Part shown: piece after piece, positions 1 to 8,116 of the stretch
Numbering within the stretch: position 1 is the first letter of the stretch
Layout of the letters: every line of letters starts with the position of its first letter
NCBI GenBank assembly: GCA_964622985.1
Contig: CAZURA010000018.1
Coordinates: forward strand, 16,158-40,157
DNA length: 24,000 nt
Reading direction: 5' to 3'
DNA from: an uncultured Bacteroides sp.
GTDB lineage: Bacteria; Bacteroidota; Bacteroidia; Bacteroidales; GCA-2748055
Notes under the pieces: model-generated
What the model was told of the DNA's origin: nothing
The model's database searches: none
What the model saw: only the letters and a program-made list of their open reading frames with translations
Program-made: the position numbers and the translations under genes

Positions 1-1101
1 CGCCAAGAGATTTAAATGTCTCAGATTGTTATTGGCAGTTAAGAGTGTGCCGTAAATATAACTGGTCGAAACAAATACAAATCCCATCATCAGTAGTCCG
101 AAAATCCTGGAACTATATGGAGTATAGGCCACATAGAGAAGATCAATGATCTCATTCTTATAATATTGGGATGCAATAGCCAATGAAAGCCCGGCAACCA
201 AAAGAAGAGGCAGTGCTATCCGGATCAGCTCATTTACATTCTGTTTCAGCCTGATCATTCTGGAAAACATGGGAAGCAGCAACATGGCAAAAAGAAAGGA
301 GAACTGTGAGGCTGCATCAAAGATCCGGAACGATTGAGCATAGATACCCGCTTCCTTCTTCCCATACTCCAGGAGTCGTTCCAGCATGACGGAGTCGACC
401 CTATTGAAAAGAGACATAAGGAGAATGAGCAGAGCAAAGGGATAACTCAGACGAAGTATCTTCAGAGAATGAGCCAAATCAATATGTGAGATGAAACTAC
501 CCGATCTGTAACGGACTATCGTCGCTGAGGTGATAAGTGTAAGAGTGTAGGAAGCAGTCTGGGCGTATACAAACCATTCGATCTGAAAAGGTGTGCTGGT
601 CACATTGCCCCAGAGCAACAATCCCGTGAAAAGGATCATCAGGGTTCGGTCCATCACCGATAACAAGCTGTCGGTGCGGAAATAGTGCAAGCCGCTGATA
701 TTGGTTCTGAAATAGAGGATGAATGAGGCCAGAAACTGATTTAGGACCAATACCCAGAGCATTCTGAACTGTTCAGAGCTATATCCAATGATTCTTCCTG
801 CGATAAGGACCACCAGGGCATAAATCAGTGATAACACCAGCTTAAGGGGTATGATAGCCGCCAGGTGCTCTTTCAATAGATTGTGATCCCGGGCAATCGC
901 TCTGTTATTAAAATTATTTATTCCCAGATCCAGAAGAATGTTCAGAATAAAAGAAAAATTAAACAGTGCGAAATAAAAACCATACATCTCTTCCCCTACG
1001 CAGTTCTGAACTCCCACCTCGATCCCGAAAAACCAGAACGGTTTGATAAGCAGGTTAAGGAATATCAGCAGAGCCAGGTTGGTGAGGAATCGCTTTTTCA
1101 A
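1..1101 (-). CDS. Polysaccharide/oligosaccharide flippase-like polytopic membrane protein (MOP/Wzx type). 3'-partial: the C-terminus lies beyond the window start.
   Basis: My own translation of the minus strand gives one uninterrupted 367-codon frame running off position 1. It is missing from the ORF track, presumably because it has no stop in the window. The frame opens after an in-frame TGA (1125..1123). The likely start is TTG at 1101, giving (M)KKRFLTNLALLIFLNLLIKPFWFFGIEVGVQNCVGEEMYGFYFALFNFSFILNILLDLGINNFNNRAIA... The protein is very hydrophobic and multi-helix throughout, resembling Bacteroidota flippase-family proteins. The start codon choice is uncertain (CTG at 1107 is also possible). 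Confidence 0.7.
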   Translation of the reverse strand, partial: MKKRFLTNLALLIFLNLLIKPFWFFGIEVGVQNCVGEEMYGFYFALFNFSFILNILLDLGINNFNNRAIARDHNLLKEHLAAIIPLKLVLSLIYALVVLIAGRIIGYSSEQFRMLWVLVLNQFLASFILYFRTNISGLHYFRTDSLLSVMDRTLMILFTGLLLWGNVTSTPFQIEWFVYAQTASYTLTLITSATIVRYRSGSFISHIDLAHSLKILRLSYPFALLILLMSLFNRVDSVMLERLLEYGKKEAGIYAQSFRIFDAASQFSFLFAMLLLPMFSRMIRLKQNVNELIRIALPLLLVAGLSLAIASQYYKNEIIDLLYVAYTPYSSRIFGLLMMGFVFVSTSYIYGTLLTANNNLRHLNLLA

Positions 1102-1161
1102 ACTCAGTCTAATTAAGAAGTATCAGCAGGTTGAGCACTAAAATAATTTTTTAATTAAATA

Positions 1162-1169
1162 CAAATGTA
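1162..1169 (-). promoter_or_regulatory. Candidate Bacteroidota -7 promoter box (TAcaTTTG on the minus strand) for the flippase gene
   Basis: The reverse complement of caaatgta (1162..1169) is TACATTTG, matching the TAnnTTTG consensus about 60 nt upstream of the proposed TTG start. Motif match only. Confidence 0.3.
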
Positions 1170-1213
1170 ATAAGTTCGCCCCAGAAAAGTTACAAGCCGC
1201 TTTGAACCAGGAG

Positions 1214-2356
1214 ATGAAAAAGAAGACGATCGCGGTGAATACCCGGTTGCTGATGCCCGGGAAACTGGATGGTATCGGATGGTTTACATTTGAAACGTTA
1301 AAAAGAATTACAAAGACTCACCCCGAGATTCACTTCGTATTTCTTTTCGATCGAAAGTATAGCCAGGATGTGGTGTTCAGTGAAAATGTGAGCCCGGTGG
1401 TCCTTAGTCCTCCCACCCGTCATCCTTTTCTGTGGTATTACTGGTTTGAATGGCGAGTGAAAAAATACCTGAAGAAGCACAAGACAGATCTTTTCCTGAG
1501 CACAGATGGATTTCTGTCACTTCGGTCAAAAATCCCATCGGTCATTGTGATCCATGATATCAATTTTGAGCATAGGCCTGGCGACCTACCCTGGCTGGCC
1601 AGAAAATATTACAGGTATTATTTCCCGCTTTTTGCACATAAAGCAAAAAGAATCGTCACAGTATCAGAATACTCAAGGAGAGATATCATCAATAATTATG
1701 ATGTATCAGAGGATAAAGTGGACCTGGCCTATAATGGGGCCAATGACCTGTTTTGTCCCATTTCTGAGAAGAGAGTGGATGAAGTGCGACAACGTTTTAC
1801 CGGGGGAGCTCCCTATTTTGTATTTGTGGGAAACCTGCATCCAAGAAAGAATATCACCAATCTTCTGAAGGCATTTCAGCTCTTTAAGAATGAAAACAAG
1901 GGAAATTTCAAGTTGGTGTTGGTTGGGGAGAAGTTCTTTCTGACAAAACCCATGGAAGAGCAACTGGAGAAGATGAACAGTAAGGAGGATGTGATTTTTA
2001 CAGGAAGGTTGTCTCCGGGACATCTTAACGATGTGATCGGGGCAGCTTATGCCATGACCTTTGTACCCTATTTCGAAGGCTTCGGGATCCCCATTGTGGA
2101 AGCCATGCGGTGTGATATCCCTGTGATAGCTTCCAAAGTGACCAGTCTTCCTGAGATAGCAGGCGATGCGGCTGTTTTTGCTTCCCCTGAAAGCCCTGGA
2201 AGCATCAGAGACGGGATGATGAGAATCGTCAAAGAAGGTGGGTTGAGGCAGGAGTTAATCGAAAAGGGAAGAAAAAGGCAGGAACAGTTTAGCTGGAATC
2301 ACACTGCAGAGAAACTGTGGGAATCCATTGAGCAGGTGTTAGAAGCCAATGCTTAA
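1214..2356 (+). CDS. Glycosyltransferase, GT-B fold, family 4 / group 1
   Basis: The C-terminal half carries the typical GT4 nucleotide-sugar-binding block: FVGNLHPRKN... PYFEGFGIPIVEAMRCDIPVIASKVTSLPEIAGDAA. The ORF opens at TTG 1202, but ATG 1214 (MKKKTIAVNTRLL) is the more plausible start. It is divergent from the flippase gene. Confidence 0.85.
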   Translation: MKKKTIAVNTRLLMPGKLDGIGWFTFETLKRITKTHPEIHFVFLFDRKYSQDVVFSENVSPVVLSPPTRHPFLWYYWFEWRVKKYLKKHKTDLFLSTDGFLSLRSKIPSVIVIHDINFEHRPGDLPWLARKYYRYYFPLFAHKAKRIVTVSEYSRRDIINNYDVSEDKVDLAYNGANDLFCPISEKRVDEVRQRFTGGAPYFVFVGNLHPRKNITNLLKAFQLFKNENKGNFKLVLVGEKFFLTKPMEEQLEKMNSKEDVIFTGRLSPGHLNDVIGAAYAMTFVPYFEGFGIPIVEAMRCDIPVIASKVTSLPEIAGDAAVFASPESPGSIRDGMMRIVKEGGLRQELIEKGRKRQEQFSWNHTAEKLWESIEQVLEANA

Positions 2357-2951
2357 ATCTTATCATACCGTGGGTATTCTTGAAGCAGGCTGTGATGAGG
2401 CCGGCCGCGGCTGCATTGCAGGGCCTGTATTTGCTGCTGCAGTGATATTGCCTGACCGGTTCCATCATCCTATGTTGGATGATAGCAAGAAACTATCAGC
2501 TAAAACAAGGGGATTGTTACGGGGAGTCATCGAATCTGAGTCCATAGCCTACGGTGTAGCTAGGGTCGATGAAAAAGAGATCGACAGGATCAACATACTC
2601 AAAGCCTCTTTCCTGGCCATGAACAGGGCTGTGGAGAAATTGGATCCTAAACCGGAGCATCTGCTCATCGACGGGAACCGCTTCATAGCATCGAACGGGA
2701 TCCCCTTTACCTGTATTATAAAGGGTGATTCTCTCTACTCGTCTATAGCGGCAGCTTCCATACTGGCGAAAACTTACCGTGACGAATATATGGACCAGTT
2801 ACATCAGCAATATCCTGAGTATGGCTGGATACAAAACAAAGGGTACCCCACCCGGTCGCACCGTGAAGCTGTGCTGAACCTTGGTCCTACTCCGTTTCAC
2901 AGGCGCTCTTTCAGGCTACTGAACGACCAAATGATGATGGACTTTTCTTAA
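2349..2951 (+). CDS. rnhB: Ribonuclease HII
   Basis: Motifs GCDEAGRGCIAGPVFAAAVIL, LIDGN, SIAAASILAKTYRD and KGYPT are diagnostic for RNase HII at a typical length of 200 aa. The start overlaps the glycosyltransferase stop by 8 nt (ATGCTTAA). Confidence 0.95.
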   Translation: MLKSYHTVGILEAGCDEAGRGCIAGPVFAAAVILPDRFHHPMLDDSKKLSAKTRGLLRGVIESESIAYGVARVDEKEIDRINILKASFLAMNRAVEKLDPKPEHLLIDGNRFIASNGIPFTCIIKGDSLYSSIAAASILAKTYRDEYMDQLHQQYPEYGWIQNKGYPTRSHREAVLNLGPTPFHRRSFRLLNDQMMMDFS

Positions 2952-2977
2952 ACATGTACTATCCCAAAGAAATTTGC

Positions 2978-2985
2978 AATATTTG
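2978..2985 (+). promoter_or_regulatory. Candidate -7 promoter box (AATATTTG, 7/8 match to TAnnTTTG) upstream of the S46 peptidase gene
   Basis: It lies in the 74-nt rnhB/peptidase gap, about 40 nt upstream of ATG 3026, and is embedded in TTTGCAATATTTGCA (2973..2987). Motif match only. Confidence 0.3.
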
Positions 2986-3025
2986 CAGATTACTGATCAA
3001 TAAGTAGTACGGATAACATTACATT

Positions 3026-5188
3026 ATGATAAAGATGAAAAGAATAACACTTATAGTAATTGGATTGATTACTGCATTCCAAGTTAAGGTACATGCCGAT
3101 GAAGGAATGTGGTTATTGAGCCTGGTGAGTCAGGTGAATATGGATGAAATGTCTGAAATGGGATTGGAACTGTCAGCAGAACAGATCTACAGCATCAATC
3201 AGGCCAGTCTGAAAGATGCTGTGGGAGCACTGGACGGAGGGTCCTGTACTGCTGAGCTGGTATCTCCTGATGGACTTCTGCTCACCAATCATCATTGTGG
3301 TTACGATGAAATTCAAAACCACAGTTCGGTGGAACATGACTATTTATCCAATGGCTTCTGGGCCATGACCCGGGAAGAAGAGTTACCCAATGAAGGAAAG
3401 ACCATTACTTTCCTGATCAGGATGGAAGAGGTTACGGATCGTATTACAGCGGAGCTGAATGAAGAGATGAGCCTGGATTCCCGAATTGCAAAAGTCCGTT
3501 CCCTGTCGGAAACCATTACCTCAGAAGCCACTGAAAATTCTCATTATGAGGCAGTGGTCAGGAGTATGTTTAGCGGGAACAGGTACTTCCTGTTTGTGAC
3601 CGAAACCTATCGGGATGTGAGGCTGGTTGGTGCACCACCCGAATCCATTGGAAAATACGGGGGTGATACGGACAACTGGATGTGGCCCCGTCATACCGGC
3701 GATTTCTCTATGTTCAGGGTTTACACCGGTGCGGATGGTAATCCGGCTGACTACAGTCCCGATAATGTACCTCTGAAATCAAAACACTATCTGCCCATAT
3801 CTCTGAAGGGGTATGAGAAGGGTGATTTCACTATGGTTATGGGTTTCCCGGGAAGCACAGATCGATACATGACCTCCTGGGAAGTTAAGGAACTGCTGGA
3901 GATCGAACACCCTAACCGGATCCATATCCGTGGTATTAAGCAGGATTTGCAGATGGCAGACATGCAGGCCGATGAGAAAGTAAGAATTCAGTACTCCTCA
4001 AAGTATTTTCGTTCTTCCAATTACTGGAAATACTCCATTGGGCAAAGTAAGGGATTGAAAAGATTGAATGTGTTTGAGAAGAAACAGAAGCAGGAAGCGA
4101 ATTTCACCCAGTGGGTGAACCAGGAAGAGGGACGGAAAGCTATATATGGTAATGCTCTGAAAGATATCCAGGAAGCTGTGGAAGGCCGAAGAGAACTGCA
4201 ACATGCAGCTCAATATTTTGTGGAAGGAGTCTTCTATGGAATGGAAACTGTATTATTTGGCCGGAGTCTGATGGGGTTGGAAAGGGTACTCGCCGATCCG
4301 GAACCTGACCAGGAGGAGGTGGATCAGGTGAAGGAGGCAATCAAGGCCAGGGCTGACGATTTCTATAAGGAATACAATCCACCCACAGATAAAAAGGTCA
4401 TGACAGCTATGGTTAACCTGTTAATAAAAGAGTTGGATGACCAGTATTTACCTGTCAATATCCTTGAGGTAAAAACCAAGTACAAAGGGGATGCAACCAA
4501 GTATGTGGACAGATACTTCAAAAAGTCTTTTCTGTCCGATCAGCAGAAATTCCAGGCATTTATCGATAATCCTTCATTAAAGGTACTAAGGAAGGATCCT
4601 GGCTATGAGGCTGTATTGGCTTCACAGAAGTATTTTGAAATCGGGGGAAGACTGGCACAATTCGATGAGGGATACTCCAAAGGCAGCAGACTGTATTTAA
4701 AAGGACTTGTGGAGATGTATCCCGACAAAGATTTCTATTCCGATGCCAATTCCACTATGCGAATGAACTATGGGACCGTGGGTGATTATATTGCCAGGGA
4801 TGCAGTACTCTATACTCACTATACCACCTTAGCCGGAGTAATGGAAAAGGAGGATCCTTCAAATTTTGAGTTTGAGGTATCTGACAAGCTCAAGGAGCTA
4901 TACCAATCAAAGGAGTACGGAAGGTATGGCAAGGATGGAATACTCCAGGTTTGTTTTACATCCAACAACGATATCACAGGTGGAAATTCTGGTAGTCCCG
5001 TGGTCAATGCCAACGGAGAACTGATTGGAATTGCCTTCGATGGGAACTGGGAATCCATGAGTGGTGATGTGGCATTTGAAACAGAGCTCCAGAAGTGTAT
5101 CAGTGTGGATATCAGGTATGTACTTTTTATCATAGATAAATATGCAGGAGCGGATCATCTGGTGGAGGAGATGACTTTAGTACAATAA
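3026..5188 (+). CDS. S46-family serine dipeptidyl-peptidase (DPP7/DPP11 family), secreted
   Basis: There is an N-terminal signal peptide (MKRITLIVIGLITAFQVKVHA) followed immediately by the family hallmark DEGMWLL. The catalytic His is in LLLTNHHCG and the catalytic Ser in DITGGNSGSPVVNANGELIGIAFDGNWESMSGD. The 720-aa length is typical. The Gly in FDGNWE sits at the position I recall as the S1 determinant (Gly in DPP7, Arg in DPP11), so DPP7-like specificity is a tentative guess. Confidence 0.9.
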   Translation: MIKMKRITLIVIGLITAFQVKVHADEGMWLLSLVSQVNMDEMSEMGLELSAEQIYSINQASLKDAVGALDGGSCTAELVSPDGLLLTNHHCGYDEIQNHSSVEHDYLSNGFWAMTREEELPNEGKTITFLIRMEEVTDRITAELNEEMSLDSRIAKVRSLSETITSEATENSHYEAVVRSMFSGNRYFLFVTETYRDVRLVGAPPESIGKYGGDTDNWMWPRHTGDFSMFRVYTGADGNPADYSPDNVPLKSKHYLPISLKGYEKGDFTMVMGFPGSTDRYMTSWEVKELLEIEHPNRIHIRGIKQDLQMADMQADEKVRIQYSSKYFRSSNYWKYSIGQSKGLKRLNVFEKKQKQEANFTQWVNQEEGRKAIYGNALKDIQEAVEGRRELQHAAQYFVEGVFYGMETVLFGRSLMGLERVLADPEPDQEEVDQVKEAIKARADDFYKEYNPPTDKKVMTAMVNLLIKELDDQYLPVNILEVKTKYKGDATKYVDRYFKKSFLSDQQKFQAFIDNPSLKVLRKDPGYEAVLASQKYFEIGGRLAQFDEGYSKGSRLYLKGLVEMYPDKDFYSDANSTMRMNYGTVGDYIARDAVLYTHYTTLAGVMEKEDPSNFEFEVSDKLKELYQSKEYGRYGKDGILQVCFTSNNDITGGNSGSPVVNANGELIGIAFDGNWESMSGDVAFETELQKCISVDIRYVLFIIDKYAGADHLVEEMTLVQ

Positions 5189-5195
5189 TGCAACC

Positions 5196-5684
5196 ATGAC
5201 CCGGGGCGAAATAGTCATCTATACTGACGGCGCTGCCAGGGGTAATCCTGGTCCGGGCGGACTGGGAGTGGTGATGATGTTTGGGAGTCACAGGAAAGAG
5301 CTCTCTGAAGGGTATCGGCTAACTACCAACAACCGGATGGAGCTGCTCGCTGTGATCAGGGGCCTGGAAGCCCTGAAGAGAGAGGACCTTAAGGTAAAGG
5401 TGTATACCGATTCCAGGTACGTTTCCGATGCTGTGAATCAGCGATGGGTCTTTGACTGGGAAGCGAAACGATTTAAGAAAAAGAAAAACGCCGACCTGTG
5501 GCAGCGGTTTCTGGAGTTATACAGAAAGTATTCCGTCACTTTTATTTGGGTGAAAGGACATGCCAACATACCGGAGAACGAACGTTGCGACAAACTGGCT
5601 GTGGAGGCCAGTTTTGGAGAAAATCTTCCAGAGGATGTTGGGTATGTGGATAACAACGGTGAATCGTTAATTACTTTTTCTTAA
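5196..5684 (+). CDS. rnhA: Ribonuclease HI
   Basis: The motifs IYTDGAARGNPGPGG, TNNRMELLAVIRGLE, VYTDSRYV, WVKGHA and NERCDKLA carry the DEDD catalytic residues. The gene starts 7 nt after the peptidase stop. Confidence 0.9.
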   Translation: MTRGEIVIYTDGAARGNPGPGGLGVVMMFGSHRKELSEGYRLTTNNRMELLAVIRGLEALKREDLKVKVYTDSRYVSDAVNQRWVFDWEAKRFKKKKNADLWQRFLELYRKYSVTFIWVKGHANIPENERCDKLAVEASFGENLPEDVGYVDNNGESLITFS

Positions 5685-5709
5685 ATTTCGATAATAAACT
5701 TGCTGCGTG

Positions 5710-6222
5710 ATGTCGAGTAAGTCCATACTCTCATACAGGGGGCCACTTTCTTTCAGTACCATTGACTGGTTACTGTCGGAGTTTAAAATTGCTGCACAGG
5801 ATCATGATCTTTCCTTCAGGACCTACAAGAAAATGTTATCCATCATGATCGAGGCCCTTGAAAATATCACCAAATACAGCGACCAGATCCAATGCAATGG
5901 GGAGAGTAAATCCCAGTTCTGCCCTTCTTGCCAAATCAGCAGGAACACTTCCAGCATCGAATTGGTGACAAAGAATATGGTAAAGAATGAGGATGTGAGT
6001 ACCTTGAAAGAGAGGATCGATAATGTGAATAACCACAATAGGGAGGAGCTCAAGGAGCTATACAGGAGCACCATCACCAATGGTGAGTTTACTCCAAAAG
6101 GAGGGGCTGGTCTTGGATTTATCGAGATGGCAAAAACTGCCGGAAATAAACTGGAATATAATTTTGAGGATCTGTCACAAGAATACTCCCTCTACACTTT
6201 CAGGGTGCACTTTAGTTTTTAG
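5710..6222 (+). CDS. Small GHKL (Bergerat-fold) protein, SiaB / SpoIIAB-like serine protein kinase family. Family assignment is tentative.
   Basis: About 170 aa. It has an N-box-like EALENITKYS and a G-box KGGAGLGFIEMAKTAGNKLEYNF near the C-terminus. The N-terminal ILSYRGPLSFSTIDWLL resembles the proteins NCBI labels SiaB family protein kinase or DUF6272. The ORF opens at GTG 5707; ATG 5710 is preferred. Confidence 0.5.
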   Translation: MSSKSILSYRGPLSFSTIDWLLSEFKIAAQDHDLSFRTYKKMLSIMIEALENITKYSDQIQCNGESKSQFCPSCQISRNTSSIELVTKNMVKNEDVSTLKERIDNVNNHNREELKELYRSTITNGEFTPKGGAGLGFIEMAKTAGNKLEYNFEDLSQEYSLYTFRVHFSF

Positions 6223-6246
6223 GAGTGTGACCTGTTCCCCGTAAAA

Positions 6247-6691
6247 TCAGATCAATGTACGTACCTTTTCAAGATCTTCTGGTGTATCCACACCTTGAGA
6301 AGAGTAGTGGGTAATCCTGGTCTGGATCGCAATTCCGTGCTCCATCCAACGCAGTTGCTCCAGGGATTCGGCAATCTCAAGAGTGCCTACAGGTAATTTG
6401 ACGATTTGCTCCAGAATTTCAGAACGGAACGCATAGTAATCCGATGTGATGATAGAAAGGTATTTCCCCTGCAATCTGTTTATTATCGGGATCCCGAAGG
6501 TAGGGGATGGGCGACCTGGAAAAATAGAGTGCACGATACGTGTTGTCCACCACTACTTTAACCACATTAGGGTTTGTAAGATCCTCTTTGGTTTTTAGAG
6601 GCTGGATCAACGTGGCGATTCCGATTTCCGGCTCTTTGAAACATTCCATGGAATTGAAGCTCTTCGCCGTTCGGCTGTGAGGAGTTTTCAA
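6247..6691 (-). pseudogene. kdsB: 3-deoxy-manno-octulosonate cytidylyltransferase (CMP-Kdo synthetase) remnant: 5'-truncated and frameshifted
   Basis: Two overlapping minus-strand frames together spell the C-terminal ~150 aa of KdsB. The upstream frame reads ...ECFKEPEIGIATLIQPLKTKEDLTNPNVVKVVVDNTYRALYFSRSPIPYLRDP...FYHHIG. The downstream frame reads YYAFRSEILEQIVKLPVGTLEIAESLEQLRWMEHGIAIQTRITHYSSQGVDTPEDLEKVRTLI*. The frame switch is near 6430..6445, where ATCGGATTACTATGCG reads ...HHIGLLCVPF* instead of HHIG-YAFR. The N-terminal ~100 aa (IIPAR...GKP, GTDR and QGDEP motifs) are absent, and only ~170 nt remain before the divergent gene at 6869. The upstream frame stays open to 6763 but is no longer KdsB-like. 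Confidence 0.75.
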
Positions 6692-6828
6692 TCGTTTGAT
6701 TAATCTTTTTGTACTCGCTTTTACGAGTAGTTGAGCTGTTGGAAATGCCCTTGCGGGATTCAGTCACCTTTTTATTGTCAAAAATAGGAAACTAAGGGGC
6801 GAAATCTTTTTGAATCCGTCTAAAATTG

Positions 6829-6836
6829 TAATTTTG
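6829..6836 (+). promoter_or_regulatory. Candidate -7 promoter box TAATTTTG, with an upstream TTTG at 6809..6812, for the sigma-54 activator operon
   Basis: Exact TAnnTTTG match 33 nt upstream of ATG 6869. A TTTG lies 16 nt further upstream, consistent with the Bacteroidota -33/-7 architecture. Motif match only. Confidence 0.4.
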
Positions 6837-6868
6837 TCATACTTTCAGGTTATTTTGTCAGAAAGAGA

Positions 6869-8113
6869 ATGGAAATTCAACAGATAAAACAGCGGTTTGC
6901 GATTATTGGAACCTTCCCGGGACTGGATAGAGCAATAGATATTGCACGTCAGGTAGCCCCTACGGATCTGAGTGTGTTGATATCAGGAGAAAGTGGTACG
7001 GGGAAAGAGGTGTTTCCCAAGATCATTCACTCTCTGGGCGGGAGAAAACATGGACCCTATATTGCGGTGAACTGCGGAGCTATCCCTGACGGGACCATCG
7101 ATTCGGAACTTTTTGGCCATGAAAAGGGGGCCTTTACAGGTGCGCACGACACGAGGAAAGGCTATTTTGAAGTGGTCAACGGAGGAACCATATTCCTGGA
7201 TGAAGTGGCCGAATTACCGCTTTCCACACAAGTCCGGTTGCTGAGGGTACTTGAAACAGGGGAATTCATCAGGGTGGGTTCCTCCAAAGTACTGAAGTCA
7301 GACGTGAGGGTGGTGGCCGCCACCAATCTGGATATTGCTACAGCCATTAAAAAGGGTAAGTTCAGGGAAGACCTGTTTTATCGACTCAACACTGTTCCCA
7401 TTCAGGTCCCTTCACTGAAAGAGCGGGGAAATGATATACTTCTCCTTTTCAGGAAGTTTGCTGCTGATTTTTCAGAACGGTACCGTATGCCAGCTATCAG
7501 GTTGGAAGAGGAGGCCCGCCAGGTCATCCTCAACTATGAATGGCCGGGAAATATCCGTCAGTTAAAAAATGTGACTGAACAGCTCTCTATCATTGAACAG
7601 GAACGTGAGATTTCGGCACCGGCCCTGATCCATTATTTGCCCGAATACCATAAAACCCGGTTACCTGCGTTAATAAGCAAGGAGCCTGTCAGTGAAGAGA
7701 CATTCAATTCGGAACGGGAGATTTTATACAAGGTGCTGTTTGATATGAAGGCCGATATGAATGACTTGAAGAAGCTGGTGGCCCAGATCATGGAGAAGGG
7801 ATCGGTAAGTACAGACTTCGAACAGGATAATGAGGGGATCATCAAGAAACTTTATTCCACAGTGGATGACCTGACTTCTGAAGCCGAGAACCTGATCTCC
7901 TCCCAGATGCCTGGACAAACGAACAGAGATGAAAAAAATATTACCGATACAGAGGAGATCGTAGAGGAGTCTCTCTCTCTTGAGGATAAAGAGATTGAGC
8001 TGATCATCAAGGCTCTTGAAAAACATAATGGAAAGAGAAAATATGCGGCTCAGGACCTGGGAATATCAGAACGAACCTTGTACAGGAAAATAAAAGAATA
8101 CAATATCGAATAG
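6869..8113 (+). CDS. Sigma-54-dependent transcriptional activator (bacterial enhancer-binding protein, AAA+ plus Fis-type HTH) lacking an N-terminal sensory/receiver domain
   Basis: Walker A GESGTGKE is at about residue 40, the sigma-54 contact loop is GAFTGA, and Walker B is GGTIFLDEV. WPGNIRQL is present, along with a C-terminal HTH (YAAQDLGISERTLYRKIKEYNI). An acidic linker of about 100 aa separates the AAA+ and HTH domains. Confidence 0.9.
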   Translation: MEIQQIKQRFAIIGTFPGLDRAIDIARQVAPTDLSVLISGESGTGKEVFPKIIHSLGGRKHGPYIAVNCGAIPDGTIDSELFGHEKGAFTGAHDTRKGYFEVVNGGTIFLDEVAELPLSTQVRLLRVLETGEFIRVGSSKVLKSDVRVVAATNLDIATAIKKGKFREDLFYRLNTVPIQVPSLKERGNDILLLFRKFAADFSERYRMPAIRLEEEARQVILNYEWPGNIRQLKNVTEQLSIIEQEREISAPALIHYLPEYHKTRLPALISKEPVSEETFNSEREILYKVLFDMKADMNDLKKLVAQIMEKGSVSTDFEQDNEGIIKKLYSTVDDLTSEAENLISSQMPGQTNRDEKNITDTEEIVEESLSLEDKEIELIIKALEKHNGKRKYAAQDLGISERTLYRKIKEYNIE

Positions 8114-8116
8114 GGG

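Noticed and set aside
883-1116. 77-aa plus-strand ORF (and the 60-aa minus-strand ORF at 255..437) in the first kilobase
   Set aside because: Both are overlapped by the continuous 367-codon flippase frame on the minus strand, one antisense and one out of frame. Their translations are low-complexity.
6567-6767. 66-aa minus-strand ORF upstream of the kdsB remnant, considered as a possible missing KdsB N-terminus
   Set aside because: Its translation (MTESRKGISNSSTTRKSEYKK...) has none of the KdsB N-terminal motifs (IIPAR, GKP, GTDR, QGDEP). It overlaps the remnant out of frame, and there is not enough room before 6869 for the missing ~100 aa.
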